Shown: positions 1-12,599 of the stretch, in pieces
How positions within the stretch are numbered: the stretch's first letter is position 1
How the letters are laid out: every line of letters begins with the position of its first letter
Assembly (NCBI GenBank): GCA_964187785.1
Contig: OZ076420.1
Span: 28,892,001 to 28,956,000, forward strand
DNA length: 64,000 nucleotides
DNA from: Amphiscolops sp. MND2022
Lineage: Eukaryota
Direction of reading: 5' to 3'
Made by a program: the position numbers and the translations under genes
The notes under the pieces: generated by a model
What the model was told of the DNA's origin: nothing
The model's database searches: none
What the model saw: only the letters and a program-made list of their open reading frames with translations

Positions 1-769
1 TCTCGGGAAAACTTGGTTAGTCCATTCCAATTTTTCGCGGTTCCCAGCGCCCACAATTCATCTCCACTACAAGGATTTTGTTTCACACTCCTAAATTCAG
101 CCTGCTTTGAAACTATTTCTCGCTTACCTCAAGCAGCAAAAATGGTTTTCGCTTCAATCAAATGACAAAAAAGGTTCTTCAACAAACAGAAAAGCACTTT
201 TTTCAAACGACAGCAAAATTGACAATCCTCAAAACTACTTTGCAGTGTGTACTACAACCTGTTAGCCACTTCAAAGTCTTCAGGTACGAAAACGTTTTCA
301 GCCTTCAACTAGCTGCATTGAGCAGAGAGTAGAGAGTGTTTTTTGATTGATTTTTTCTCTAGCACATTGCACATTAGGGTGAGAAAAGTGTAAAACTTCC
401 TTTATTAACCTTCTCTGATTAGAGAAAAAAGATGTAGAGAAAGAAAAACAGCTAAAAATTTCTCGGAACGCACACCTCTGATTAGAGGTCTCGAAACGTT
501 TTAGTCGTTTTCGTCAGACTTTTTCTCCACATTCGATCTTAGGACTTTCCTAAAGTAGCGTCCAGTCCCGTCCAGTTTCTTCAACTACCGTCCAGCAAAG
601 GTAAATAACAGATCTTTCAATTTGTACGGTGCCCGTGCAGACCCAAACCGTCGCTCGTTCGAAGTTTCAACGCGGAACAGTAAAACTTTTCTTTTTGTTA
701 TACTGAGGTTTCTTCTTTTTTAACCGGTTCGCAGCGGTTCTGTTTCCGTAAACAGTCTTACTTCCACTA

Positions 770-1857
770 CGATCAACGATGGTGAACCTGAAGATCGACA
801 CTCTCAAAAAAAACCACTTTCGACTGCACGAGTGCAAGTTTGAGAATACTTCGAACTATCTTGCATCGAAGTTGACCTCCGACAACAATTTCCAGCGCCT
901 GCGTGAAATTTTTTGCGCAGTTGCAAACTATCGCAGCCAAACTTGAAGAAATTTCCGAACAGATGTCTTCCTTCATGACGCTCGATGCTTTCTGCCATTC
1001 GAGCCATTTCTGCAGAAGTCAGGCAATTTCTCTTTAATTCTTTTACACTATGCTGACATAATCGATATCTAACTCAGAGCGGCCCAAGTCTTTCTTCATC
1101 AAACTTTGCTCCCTTCGAGCGCCGGTGCGAAGATTCACCTTCAGCACCCTCCATTCCAGACTCACCACAGCAGCAGGACTTTGCAACCGCACCCAACAAC
1201 ACGACACCCCTGCTGCAGTTTCTCATCAACTCCGGACAACCTGCAACTCGTGCTCCATCACATCCACAACTTACCACGCAAATCATGGACGTGACGGGTC
1301 CCGAGTTGTCCCGCCACTTAGGAAGTTTGGATAACTTTCATGTTTCTGCAACCGCTCACCAGGACCTTCCTACATTCGAAGACATGGAAACACCGAGTTC
1401 GACTCGGAACAATAGGACATCGCCTCTGAACCCATTCTTTCACTGATCTGTGAACTGCACTTGGACAACTCAATCGTCACTCTCCCTCACCAACAACAAC
1501 CACTGAGTAATGCTTGTCATTTGCCACACCCGTCAACCTCAACAACTGGAACCAGCTGATTAGTCTACACCACCAACTATCATCTACCAACTTTCGACAC
1601 TGTTTTGACAAACAGCGTCCTACCATCAAATGAGGGGGTCAATCCCCACTTTCTGTTACCCCACCTGCAAAGTGCCAATCTTCAACTTCTTCCACCTTCA
1701 TCAGTTCCTCCTCCAGTTGGAACGCTATCACAATTTTTCCGTCGTCCAATCACCAGGCTTTTCTGCCTGTATTGCAACCCATTGCCACCAACACCGAATG
1801 GATAACACGGACCATCCCTAACCCAGCCACCGAAAGTCTGCCACTGATACATCATTA
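770..1857 (+). mobile_element. Probable 5' (gag N-terminal) part of the BEL/Pao retrotransposon, separated from its body by a nested TIR element
   Basis: C/A-rich, Pro/Ser/Thr-rich degenerate coding sequence. The frame of ORF 1605-1805 (MTNSVLPS...PTPNG*HGPSLTQPPKVCH*YII) continues directly into the gag frame at 5994 (NDPRCTPVFQ) once 1858-5991 and one TA are removed. The 5' boundary and LTR were not found. Confidence 0.55.
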
Positions 1858-4800
1858 CAGTGCATAGGCAAGCTTTTCCTGAGCGTTTTGCAGAAATCAG
1901 GACACGAAATCTCGGAAACCGAGACGCGTGCTTTGAATTCATTTCCCTTTGATGTCTACTGCCTTAGCTTCCTTTGAAGTTGAAACCCTACTTTCCGCAA
2001 TTTATGTATTGGCAAGTTAATGGGACCAATTAAATGCCATTTATGCCAGGCCTTAATAGGGCGAAATATGTAGAGAGCAAATAGTGCAATGTGTCTCACA
2101 TTCCAGAATTTTATTCAGTAGAGTAATTTGTACACCTACATTCCGGAACATTATTGATGTGTTTCCACATTTTTTCTCTTTAAATCAGATGAAAATTGCT
2201 TAGGCAAGATAATGTTCGGAAACAAACTTCTGTTAAATGAAGCTTCACGATTTGACCCACGATTGGGACCAAAATATCTCCAATTCCACACTAATTGTTT
2301 TAATAAAAGTTTCATTTTTTCATTTTCATTGCAGTTGGTAGAAAAGTATGCTTTTTTCTTAAAAGGTACCTTTCCGTTAAATCCCGGGCAACCCCCCCTG
2401 CAGTATGCGCGGAAATTTTAATTCCCACCACTATCAGCGATGAATTAGAGTTATAAAAGACTGCTATTTGATTGATTGTTACTATTGATTCAATGATAAT
2501 TTTTCTTGACTGCCTAACTGGGGGGAATAAGTTAGTAGGGGTGGGGGATTAACAGAAAAGATCCGTGAGCTTTTTTAAAAATCCTTTTCTACTATAATAG
2601 GACTGTAGATTTCAGTATCTAAAGTTCGGTTAGAAACGAAAGATTCAATGCAAAATTTTCTTGACCGCCAAACTGGGGGGAATAGTTAGAGCGGGGATTA
2701 ACAGAGAAGATCCGTAAGCTTTTTTAAAAATTCTTTTCTAATATTAGAGGACTGTAGATATCGGTATCTAAAGTTCGGTTAGAAACAAAGAATTCAATGC
2801 TCTATTCATTAGAGTATCAGTCAAATCCAAATCAAATAGAGGCAATGATGTTCAGGAAGTATTTAAAACTAGGCTTTGGTTGGCAAAAAATTCAAAAATT
2901 AAAGAATAAAATTACCGAACAGTAATGAAAAACAGCTAGCAGTTCGTGCATGTTTTCAAGGTTATTTGAATTACATTTGATGGGAAAAAGACAAGAAAAA
3001 ACTCAGGAATGCTATTCTGAATAATTGTCGTTAGCTGGGTCTGAAAACACAACCTTACGATCGAAAAGCTAGAGCGCATCCTATTTGGCCTACCAGTCTT
3101 CGTTTTTGAACGATATCGATTTGTTAATGAACTAAATGCTCTTGCGCAGCAACATCAAGTAGAGCAGGATATTCACTCGATTATGCACTTTATGCGCATT
3201 TTGAAAAAACTTCGATTACGAAATCATTATGCGACTTTAGCGGCGCACAAAACTACGGTCCCTGATGTTGCCTTGAATAATTATCACGTTGATAGGATAC
3301 TCTTTTTAATAGGTCACGACAAACGATTACGTAATTACGAGAGTTACGTTATTCTGACAGTTCGCTATTCCGAAATTCAACTTTAATAAGGGTTTGAATT
3401 ATGAGGATTCAACCCACAATTGGAATCAAAATCTGTTCACTTGCATTCTAAGTTTCACATCGATGACGGCCCAGTGGTTCAAAATCAAGTTCATCAAACA
3501 AAAGTTTATAATTGTGTCCAATGCAACGGCATAACGGTGGATGGTGGCGCAGTTGATAAGGCAAGTAGTGAAGCTTGAGGCGTAGTCTGTCACCGGATCG
3601 ATCCCCACCGATACACACTGCACGGCGACTCTATGCAGACAACTCTATATTCCCTCCAGATCGATCCGGTAAAAGACATCAAAAGGCCCAATTCTTAGAC
3701 TATTGAATAGAGATATCCTAGTAGCATATGATCAACAATGCACCTGTGACGTAAGGAACAACCCCTGATTGGTACCAAAAATGATACAATAACATCAGTT
3801 CTCTTTCCACAAATATTTTACGTGTCGTGTTTAGCGAACTTTCGACTGTCCCGGAACCAACATGTTTTGAAAATGTCCCGCAACTTTTAAGTTTGCTTTT
3901 TTTGTTAACGTTTTTGCATTTGATGAACATTTTGTAGTTTATGATTGGAAGAGTCATAGAATAGTGTCTATTTGCATTTCCAATGCATGTGATAGTCGTG
4001 TCACAGACAAATCGACCCTCGATTGGTACCAAAACGAACTCGATACTCTGAACTATCCTGCTTTCCGCGGATTTTCAGTACAAATTGACTTAATCAAAGA
4101 ACGCAATGCAGAAAACAAGACCATATCGTTAAACACATGGCGTGGAAACCAAACACAAAGCCTAATACATTGGGTACTTTCACTCAAAGTGGTATACACA
4201 GGATAGCGTGTGACCATAAATGTCCTGGTTTCCACGCTTTTCAGTAGGAATCCAATTGCTCAAAGAAAGCTATGCGGAAAACAAGGACATATTTTGAAAC
4301 AAATGAAGTGGAAATCAAACAAAAATCTTAATACAATGCTCATATTTGTTCAAGGGGGTATAGTTAATGTTTTTAAAAATTCATCCAGCCATTTTTGTTC
4401 TTCTTTTTCTTCATTAAGTTTTGAGTATTGTTTTTCGGAGAACATTTTCGGAGGATAAAATAAACGATCTTAAGAGATGAAATTTTCTAATTACGAGTGT
4501 GAAGACTCAATGAAGGACTCTTTTGCACCTGATAGTGATTCTCGACAAATTGTCCTTGAGTGATATGGACTCAAATGATTTGAACCGTTCAATATGAGTC
4601 TCACGAGAAGATTCAACGTCGGACTCATTTTCAATTGTTATTTTCGTGTATCTAATTGCATTTAAACTTATTGCATTTTAGCCTATTGCATTTCAACGTT
4701 TTGCATTTCAACTTATTTGCAACTGGTTGTCAGTCTGAGAGATTTTTCAAAGTCAATACAATTTCACTGCATCAAACCTAAAAGTAGTTTCAGAAATGAC

Positions 4801-5991
4801 TCCACTATCAATTTGGGAAAGAAATATCATCGAAGTAGGAAGCGAAAAATTCTCCATTAACTGTGAACTTTTCGACGATAATTCCGGGAGAGAACTACCG
4901 AAAAATTTCAGAAGGTTCGAGACACTTGTTGGGGAATCCAGGCAAATTGATAAAATTTTATTCAAGTTGAAACCAAGGATTAAACAGCTAATGGTATATG
5001 CTGTAATAGTACCAATTTAGTTTAGTAGTTTTCCGTTGTTCCGTTGGTATATAGGATTATAATTTTCCGTTGTTCTCCGCTGATATAATTTCGATTAGGT
5101 TTGCTATTGAATTCGTGCTTTCGGGTTTGTCGGTGGGGGGTTTGTCGGGGGCTGTGGGCGAGGGGGAATTGGCAACAAGGTGCTCCTGGGGGTTACACAT
5201 TTTTCCCAAAATTCTCAATTCCTTTCCAATTGTTTCAAAATATTCGATTCCAAAATTTTAATTTTATTCCAGTTGAAACCTAAGGACTGAACAGAAAATG
5301 GAATGTTGTAATGGTATCGATTCGTGATCTTTTTCGTTATTATCCCCCTGTGGGACCTTTCCCCGTTAAAAAGCTTCACAAGTCGACCCACAATTGGAAC
5401 CAGAATACCTCCAACTCCACACTGATTATTTCAATAAAATTTTAGTTTTTTCAATTTCATTACAGCTGGTTGAATTGTAGTGTTTCACTATTGTATTTCA
5501 CTATAGTCTAAAAATATTGCACAATGATATAGTGAGGTAATGAATTAAACTTAGCACCTTTTTAAAAATAAAAAAAGAAAAAGCCGTCAATTTTACGAAA
5601 AGTGAGACATTAATTTGGACTTGTTTGTGGTAACTGATTTATATTTACTCTCTGGCTTATTAGGTTTAATTTCGGCTAGTTTAAAAATAAGTGGAAACTG
5701 AGACGCTCAAATTTACAGCCATCTAATTGGCTAAAATGCATTTTGAGAAACCAAGAAACGCGTTTGTCGGCATCTTGACGGCATATTCTTGGTCCCGGAT
5801 TCCGCAAAATGAAACCGACTAACGTATTAACCCATGCCCTCGGATTCCGAAAAACGCCGATTTTCGTAGCGTGGTTTGCGCAAACTTAGTGCTAAATTGC
5901 CAATTTTACACGCTTTAAAACAAGTCCGCGGAATCGGAGGGCCTACAGGCACAGAAACGTGTCTGTAGCGATTTGGTCTGCCTATGCACTG
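1858..5991. mobile_element. 4.13-kb non-autonomous TIR DNA element, TA target duplication (Tc1/mariner-like termini)
   Basis: Left end CAGTGCATAGGCA (1858-1870) and right end TGCCTATGCACTG (5979-5991) form a perfect 13-bp TIR. TA lies at 1856-1857 and 5992-5993. The reconstructed empty site ATCATTAATGAT is a palindrome. No intact transposase ORF is present. Confidence 0.75.
2499..2800. repeat. ~155-bp direct tandem duplication inside the TIR element
   Basis: TTTTCTTGAC..AACTGGGGG..GATTAACAGA..GATCCGT..GGACTGTAGAT..GTATCTAAAGTTCGGTTAGAAAC..TTCAATGC occurs twice. CTTGAC anchors lie at 2505 and 2660. Confidence 0.9.
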
Positions 5992-5993
5992 TA

Positions 5994-8900
5994 ATGATCC
6001 TCGTTGTACACCTGTCTTTCAGGACCAACCTCATTTTATCAACCAGCCGATTCAGCGATCATTTATCTCCACCCATGCCGTACCAGTTGTTTCAACCCAA
6101 CACTCGTTCACAGCTTGTATAAAACCGCCGCCTGTTCAGACTCCAAAATTCGATGTGGATCCTCTCGCCTTTCATGATTGGGTCAACCTGTTCAAAGCAA
6201 CTGTTCACGATATCAGATCAATCTCACAAACTCATCGAATCACCTACCTGCAAAACTCAGTTTCCGGAAAGGCGAAAGACCTCATCCAAGGTTACTCTTG
6301 TAATCCTGCTTTCTACAACGTCGCGCTAGCGGAACTTGAGTCTCGCTTCGGTTCACCGCAACACGTTGTAACAGCCTACATTCGCCGTCTCGAATCATGG
6401 CAAAAAATATCATCGCGAAACCACACTCTCGTGTCGTTTTCCCCATATCCGAAACAGCTGATTCAAACCTACCACAATCTCCATTTCACAGCTGATCTGC
6501 ATTTCTCAACTGTATTAACCCTTGCCAAAGAAAAACTACCGCACCATTTGTTGCTCAAATGGACTGAATATAAAGTTAGAAACCACATGTCAACACCTAC
6601 CCTGCTCACTTTTCAACGATAGTTGGATATTCAAGCAAAATTCTGGAAACAATTGACCCAGCTTGTGATAGACCCAACGACATCGAACGTTCTTGCAGCA
6701 CCGCTGCACAAAGCACATCCAAATTCAAATCCCCTGCTTGCCCAATCTGTACTGCGCCAGACTTTATCTACAAATGACCCCAGTACGCATCCGCTTCAAT
6801 AAACGAAAAACTTCTAAAGATCAAAAATCTCAAGTCATGCTACAATTGTTTGAACAACTCCCATATAAAACCGACTGCCCCTCCAAAATTCGATACCAAG
6901 AACCCAACTGTGGAGCTTCCCACCACGCCTCTCTCCACACTCAACTCTGAAAAGACCCTCGCAATGTCAACGAAAAAAATCTCTCCACTCACAAAAAGTC
7001 AGTTTCTAGTAAATCCAAGGTACAAATTAACGACCAAGATACAGAAACGTCAACGCAATGTCATTGCTCTCAGAATCAGAAAAAAACCTTCCGACAACCA
7101 CGATTTAACGCTGCCGCCATCGACAAATTTCCCAGAGATCTTTTCACCGTTCTTCAGTTTATTCCCGTTTCCATCATTAATGGAGACAAAACGTTTGATA
7201 CATATGCCTTGATTGATCCCGGTAGCACAAGAACATACATCGTACACCATATATCGAGTTCCCTCAGCTTGAAAACTGGCAAAGGTATAAAGTAGATGTA
7301 CATTTTCTGAGTCTTTCTCGTTCTTTGTCAGTCTCCGCCACACCATTTGACATAGCATCGTACGCCGACAATGACAACAAAGTCCACGTACAACACGCTT
7401 TCTCCACCCCTAATATCAACCTTCCCCCTCCCGATACCATCGAACTGAATGATATTTGTCAACAATTCCTCCTCGAAACAAATCTACCGCCGCGAAGCAC
7501 CTGCTGTTCTTCGCTTCCCAAGAAACATCACCTCAATCAGCTTCCACCGACATTCTGGAACACTACTGGAATGTTGAAACATAGTCACCCAATGAAGGAA
7601 AAAAGATGTTTTGTCTGCACATGACAACGAAGCCCTTCAGATACTTCAAGACACCTGCCGCCACAATGGCGAAAGGTATGAACTATGACTTCCTTGGAAA
7701 CGCGACACACCATTTCCGAACATTTATTTCGCTTTATTAAGTCAACTCCACAGCCTCGAAAAACGCCTCCGAGAACACCCACAGACGAAAGTCAAATTTC
7801 ACGGAACCTTGCAAAAGGATCTCGAAAAAGGTTACGTGAAACAAATCAAAATTCAACATCCGCCGCCCTTGCGAATTTGGTACCTGTCGAGAATCACAAT
7901 AAACCAGAAAATGTCCGCCGAGTAGCCAACGCTGCCTCGAAGTTCAACAGCTTCTCGCTCAAAATCCTTCTTCCAACAGGTCCAATCATGTTTGCTAATT
8001 TGCTCGAAACTATTCTCCGTTTTCGCAAACATCCTGTCGGTGTCTTAGCCTTCTTCGAAGGTATTTTAATGTAAATTGCCATCCGTGACGAAGACCAGTC
8101 TGAATTCGCCAATATCAATACATTCGCATAATCTTTGGCGCTACGTGCTCGCCCTGATGCGCCGTTTTCGTTCTCCACCGTTGCGCTGCCGACCAATCCG
8201 ACCGCTTTCCCGAAGTTTATGGAGCAGTTTTAAACAATTTTTACAGGGATGACTTCATTATGTCATTTTCTACAGCTGAAGCAACTCGCCGCCTCGTCTC
8301 GAGTCTACGCACTGTTCTCAAACTTAGAAAGGTCCGCCTTACCAAGTTCTTTTCGAATAATCCCACCGCTCGTACTGCTCTTCCCAAAGAAGACAAAGAA
8401 GTTATTCAGAGAACACAACGAAAGTCCTTGGTCAAACTTGGTGTCTTTCGAATGGCACGTTCACAGCTCCAACGCTGAAAACAATCGACACGTCGCAAAC
8501 GCTTCGACAACTGTTTAGCATTATTTCCTCCATTTTCGATCCTATTGGATTGCTTGCTGCTTTCGTAAAACAACTCAAGTCATTCTTCAGAAACTCTTGA
8601 AGCGAGGACTGACATGGGACCAGCCCTTTTCTGACGATCTCCAACCTCGCATCAACAAGTTTGCCACGCAAAATAACACCCTGCCTGACATCGCCGTACC
8701 GCGTCAAAAAGCACCTCTGCTCACCTCTGCAGAACTTTACATTTTCACCGACGCCTCCATCTCCGCATTTTCCGTCGTTATATACGCACGTCAGCCGCCG
8801 TCTGACACCGCTTCCGCTCGTCTCGTTTTCGTTCTTGGCAAGAGCCGTGTCGCTCCCATCAAGCAACGCAGTTTTCTCAAACTGGAGCTCGAAGCCGCCA

Positions 8901-10730
8901 TTCTAAAGGCTATCGAAGGTAACCTTTGCCAAGTTCTTTGTTGGACCGATAGTTGCGTTGTGTTGGATTGGATCCAAAAACAAAAGAAACTTAAAACATT
9001 CGTTGCCCATCGATAAAATGATATCGCTCAACACACAAATCCCAAGCAGTGGAAGTACGCTTACCAAATTCGGGTGGAAATACGCTCACCCGAATCACGG
9101 AACTCTGGGTTTCAAACATTCAGACATTTCCTTCAAATGGATAAAAGGACCCGATTTCCTTTGGAAACTTGTAGGCCCTCAAGATTGCCCGCACACCCGG
9201 ATAGGTCAATCTGCACAGCAACCGTCGTCATGTCGCAAACCGGCATCGTTAAAATTTCAAGATTTTCTTCTTGGAATCGTTTACTCAAAATTATTGCAAT
9301 TGTCCGCTTCTTCATCCGCCGTCTCCTAGCTCCGTCTTTCATGCCAAACTTAACCGCTAATGATTTTCAACTAGTAACAGAAACAGTTCTCTGTCAATCG
9401 CAACTAGCGTCTTTTCCAGACGTTCTTGGAAAACTGTTTCGAAAGGAATCTTTGTCGTCCAAAGACAAACTCGTACTTCTGAACCCTTTCATTGACGAAC
9501 GCCAAATTATACGCTCTTCCGGACGTCTACAATACGTACCGTTACCCGCAGCTACACACATGCCCGTCGTTCTAGATGCCAAGAACGCAATAACCCGCCT
9601 CCTCACTGTACACTTCGACGAAAGTTGCCACCACGCCTGTCCTGCAAAGTTCAAGTCATTTCTGCAACAATGGTATTTCATTTTTGACGTCCGAGCCACC
9701 CTGCGCACCATCAGTTATCGTTGCTTCGAATGCCGCCGCTTTTGCGCCGGAAACGTCAAGTCAATGATGGCGCCCTTACCTCGATGCCGATTTCCATCCA
9801 CAAATACGCCAAACCTGTTCGCCAACACCGGAGTCGATGCGTTTGGACCATTATTCATTAACAACGGAAAACGAACTGTGAAAAACTACAGCCTGATCTT
9901 CACCTGCCTAGTCACCCGTGCCTTTCATTTGGAACCTTGTCCCGCCTTGACCACGGACACCTTCATCAACGCCTTCCGACACTTCATTGCCAGAAGAGGA
10001 CAGCCGCAGAATATTCGTTCCGACAGTGGAAAAATTTTCGTTAATGCCCGTCGTGAAGTTCAGGAAGCATTGAACGCAGGTATCACCATAGCTCTGCAAA
10101 CTTCTCCCCTAGCACCCGAGATGGAATGGCACCTCAACCCACCGTTTGCGCCGTACTTTGATGGGGCCTGTGAACGCCTTATCCAAACGGCCAAGAACAC
10201 TCTACTCCTTATCTTGGGATCCAAAAAACTGAAACAATCCTGTTGTTTCACACAGCAGAACTGTAGAATTGTTTCACACAATCCTTGTCGAAACACAACT
10301 CATGCTCAACTCACGACCTCTGACCCATATTGCCGACTACCCTGACAACGAAGAATCTCTGACTCCCAACCATTTTTTTCTCCACAGACCCGATGCCTAC
10401 CTGCCACCTGGAGTTTTACAAGATTCCAGTTATCAGCTCACACAGAAGTCTTGGAAAGAAACTCAGAAACTTGTCAACCATATTTGGAAAAAATTGCTAA
10501 CTGAATACAATCCCACTCTGCACCAACGGTCCAAGTGGAACAATCAACTACTACCAATCTCTCTTGGAGAACTAGTGTAGGTGCTTCGAGACTTCAGTTC
10601 TCGTGGGATTTGGCCTATTGGGGCTAGTGGAAGCTTTTTTCTCTGGGCGAGATGGATAGACCCGAGTGTGTTCTGTAAAGACAGCTTACGGAACTTTCGA
10701 GCGACCCGCCGTCTCCCTTCCCACGTTTGT
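5994..10730 (+). mobile_element. BEL/Pao LTR retrotransposon body (gag-PR-RT-RNaseH-IN), degenerate
   Basis: Gag core FDVDPLAFHDWVNLFK...LESRFGSP (5994-6622). Pao-type Cys/His cluster CYNCLNNSH...DCPSK...CGASHHASLH (~6835-6940). Protease YALIDPGST (~7200-7230). RT KPENVRRVANAASKF...TGPIMFANLLETILRFRKHPV. RNase H IFTDAS...VLGKSRVAPIK...LELEAA (8597-9016). Integrase H..C/C..C plus TGVDAFGP...FTCLVTRAFHLE...SDSG...GACERLI...LNSRPL. Many stops and frameshifts. No 3' LTR was found. Confidence 0.95.
9074..10580 (+). pseudogene. BEL/Pao integrase region (frameshifted)
   Basis: ORFs 9074-10345 and 10269-10580 carry the zinc-binding and DDE core motifs typical of Pao integrases. Confidence 0.9.
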
Positions 10731-10881
10731 TTTCATACTTTTTTTCAAACTGCTGATCAGACTGGTGATTCAATGAATGAAATATAAGACGTTTCTTATA
10801 AACCATTTTGGTAGTTTTGCCGTGCAACTATGGCCTTACCCGTAACTGATTCTCCTACACCCGGTCCAGGCGCGGACCGTG

Positions 10882-11172
10882 ACAGTTCTACACCATATTA
10901 TGGTCCTATATGGGCAATTTTATCAAAACTTTATGACTGGGATTTGAGAAACTTTCAAAATTTGCCCAAATTGACCAAAACACAGCCATTTTTTGACTTT
11001 TTCATTCTTCTCAAAACTGTGCATACGATTCGAACAAAATTTTGTACAGTTATTCTACACCATATTTGGGTCCTTTATGTGCAATTTTATTAGAATCGTA
11101 TGACTGGGATTCGAGCGATTCAGAAAGAAAACGACCTAAGCCGAATGCTTTACCGTGCATGTGGCTATGGTT
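10882..11172 (+). mobile_element. Non-autonomous repeat with internal ~165-bp subrepeat (probable Helentron/HINE-type, family 2)
   Basis: ACAGTT(A)TTCTACACCATATT..GGTCCT..TATGACTGGGATT occurs twice (~10882 and ~11047). It ends in CCGTGCATGTGGCTATGGTT, an imperfect hairpin followed by TT. Confidence 0.5.
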
Positions 11173-11374
11173 TAACACCTCTACCTCTCGTTTTCAGAGG
11201 AACAGTATATGAAGTTTATATAGTTAAGTTAGAGTTTTTGGTGAAAGTCAGATTTCTGTCGAAATTTCACATTTGTCGCCGTGAAATATTAAGAACGCCT
11301 TATAATAGATGGAACTCGGTAGTCTTTTCCTTGGTTGTAGTTTTATCGAACTGCTTAGAAGTCCCAAGGAACTA

Positions 11375-11625
11375 CACGAGTCGCAATTCAGGGGCTGTTG
11401 TGGAGCTGGAACTCGCCGCTGATTGGCTGGAAAAAGTTTGATTTTTTGATTGGACAGAATCTCTCCTGGGAGCTTCATTGGCCGGGGACGATGAAAAGTA
11501 GTTTTTCACGGGACCAAACCAACTTTTCATGCTTGTGATATACCTCTTGCTAGTGTTTAGCTTCCGATTCATTTCATCCAAGCCATTTTCTGCCCTTTGC
11601 AGCTGCTCTCCTTGTTGGGTTAATT
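11375..11625 (-). CDS. SNAP29: Exon encoding the C-terminal half of the first (Qb) SNARE motif plus linker of a SNAP-29-like protein
   Basis: ELTQQGEQLQRAENGLDEMNRKLNTSKRYITSMKSWFGPVKNYFSSSP resembles recalled vertebrate SNAP29 ([49 protein letters not shown]). Acceptor TTTTGTTCCAAG|AATTA (AG at 11627-11626). The 3' boundary is unclear because an in-frame TAG lies at 11372-11374. Confidence 0.72.
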
Positions 11626-12599
11626 CTTGGAACAAAATTCAGATATTGTTTGTTGGTCAGGTATAGGGCTTATCATTGTTGCATGAATAATAATAATAAT
11701 CAATCCATCGAATTGACCTGCGAAAAAAGCGTGAAGATTGAATTCAATCTTCACGCAATTACTATCTACTATTATTTAACTGTAATTTCCCAGTTTCAAT
11801 TGTGTTGTTCTAGCAATGCAGCTTTTCACAAACCTATTCTCGATCTCAATATACTAATGTTTTCTTGTAGGTAGATTATTTCAATCTGCAGGTTTTGAAA
11901 CGTAGCCTTCAATTTCCAAACATCACTGGAAAAGATCTTGTACGAGAGAATAATCAGATAATCAGAAATGAAGGAGCAACATTATGCTCAAGGAAATAAA
12001 AAATAATTTAATGGAAACAAAAAAGATAATGCATCTCTCCTAGTTTACTTTGATTTTCAGAGAAAGGAAAGGTAAATAACGGATTGGTGAAATTTTGACA
12101 GACAGCTTTTCTGTGAAATTTTTCGAAAATCATGGTTTTCATCCAATCAAAACTGCTTTTGCACTAGCTACTTGTTCTGCGATTGAAATTACAAAACTTT
12201 TGTTCACTTTTTGCAGTTGCTGTTCCCCACGATAGATTCGCATTAGAAAATGATCACGTTAGTACAATATGCAATATTTTTCAATTTAAAATCAATCCTG
12301 AAAAATCGTTTCATGGTTAGAGTTCAATCATCATCCTGTGTAGATAATTCTGTTATTACTATTGTCAGTTTTGAAATCGAAAACTTTATGATCTTTATAA
12401 CAGAGTCGGCTGACCCTTGCATTCTGAACACTAATCTTCCAGTAAAATTCTAACTTTCTTCCCAATCCGAACGAGCATTAAATTTTTTGGAGTTTACGTT
12501 TGACTGAAAAATTATACAGCCTCAAAATGTTGAATAATTTCCAAAATGCTTCTATGGGCACTCATTTAAAGTTTAAATCATTATTGATGATATTATTGA

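Noticed and set aside
540-700. 5' LTR/PBS of the BEL element
   Set aside because: No matching sequence follows the integrase end (10730-10880), and CGGTGCCCGTG is not a convincing PBS.
3500-3560. Fibrinogen-like HNGGWW peptide
   Set aside because: Isolated hexapeptide flanked by stops with no other domain motifs.
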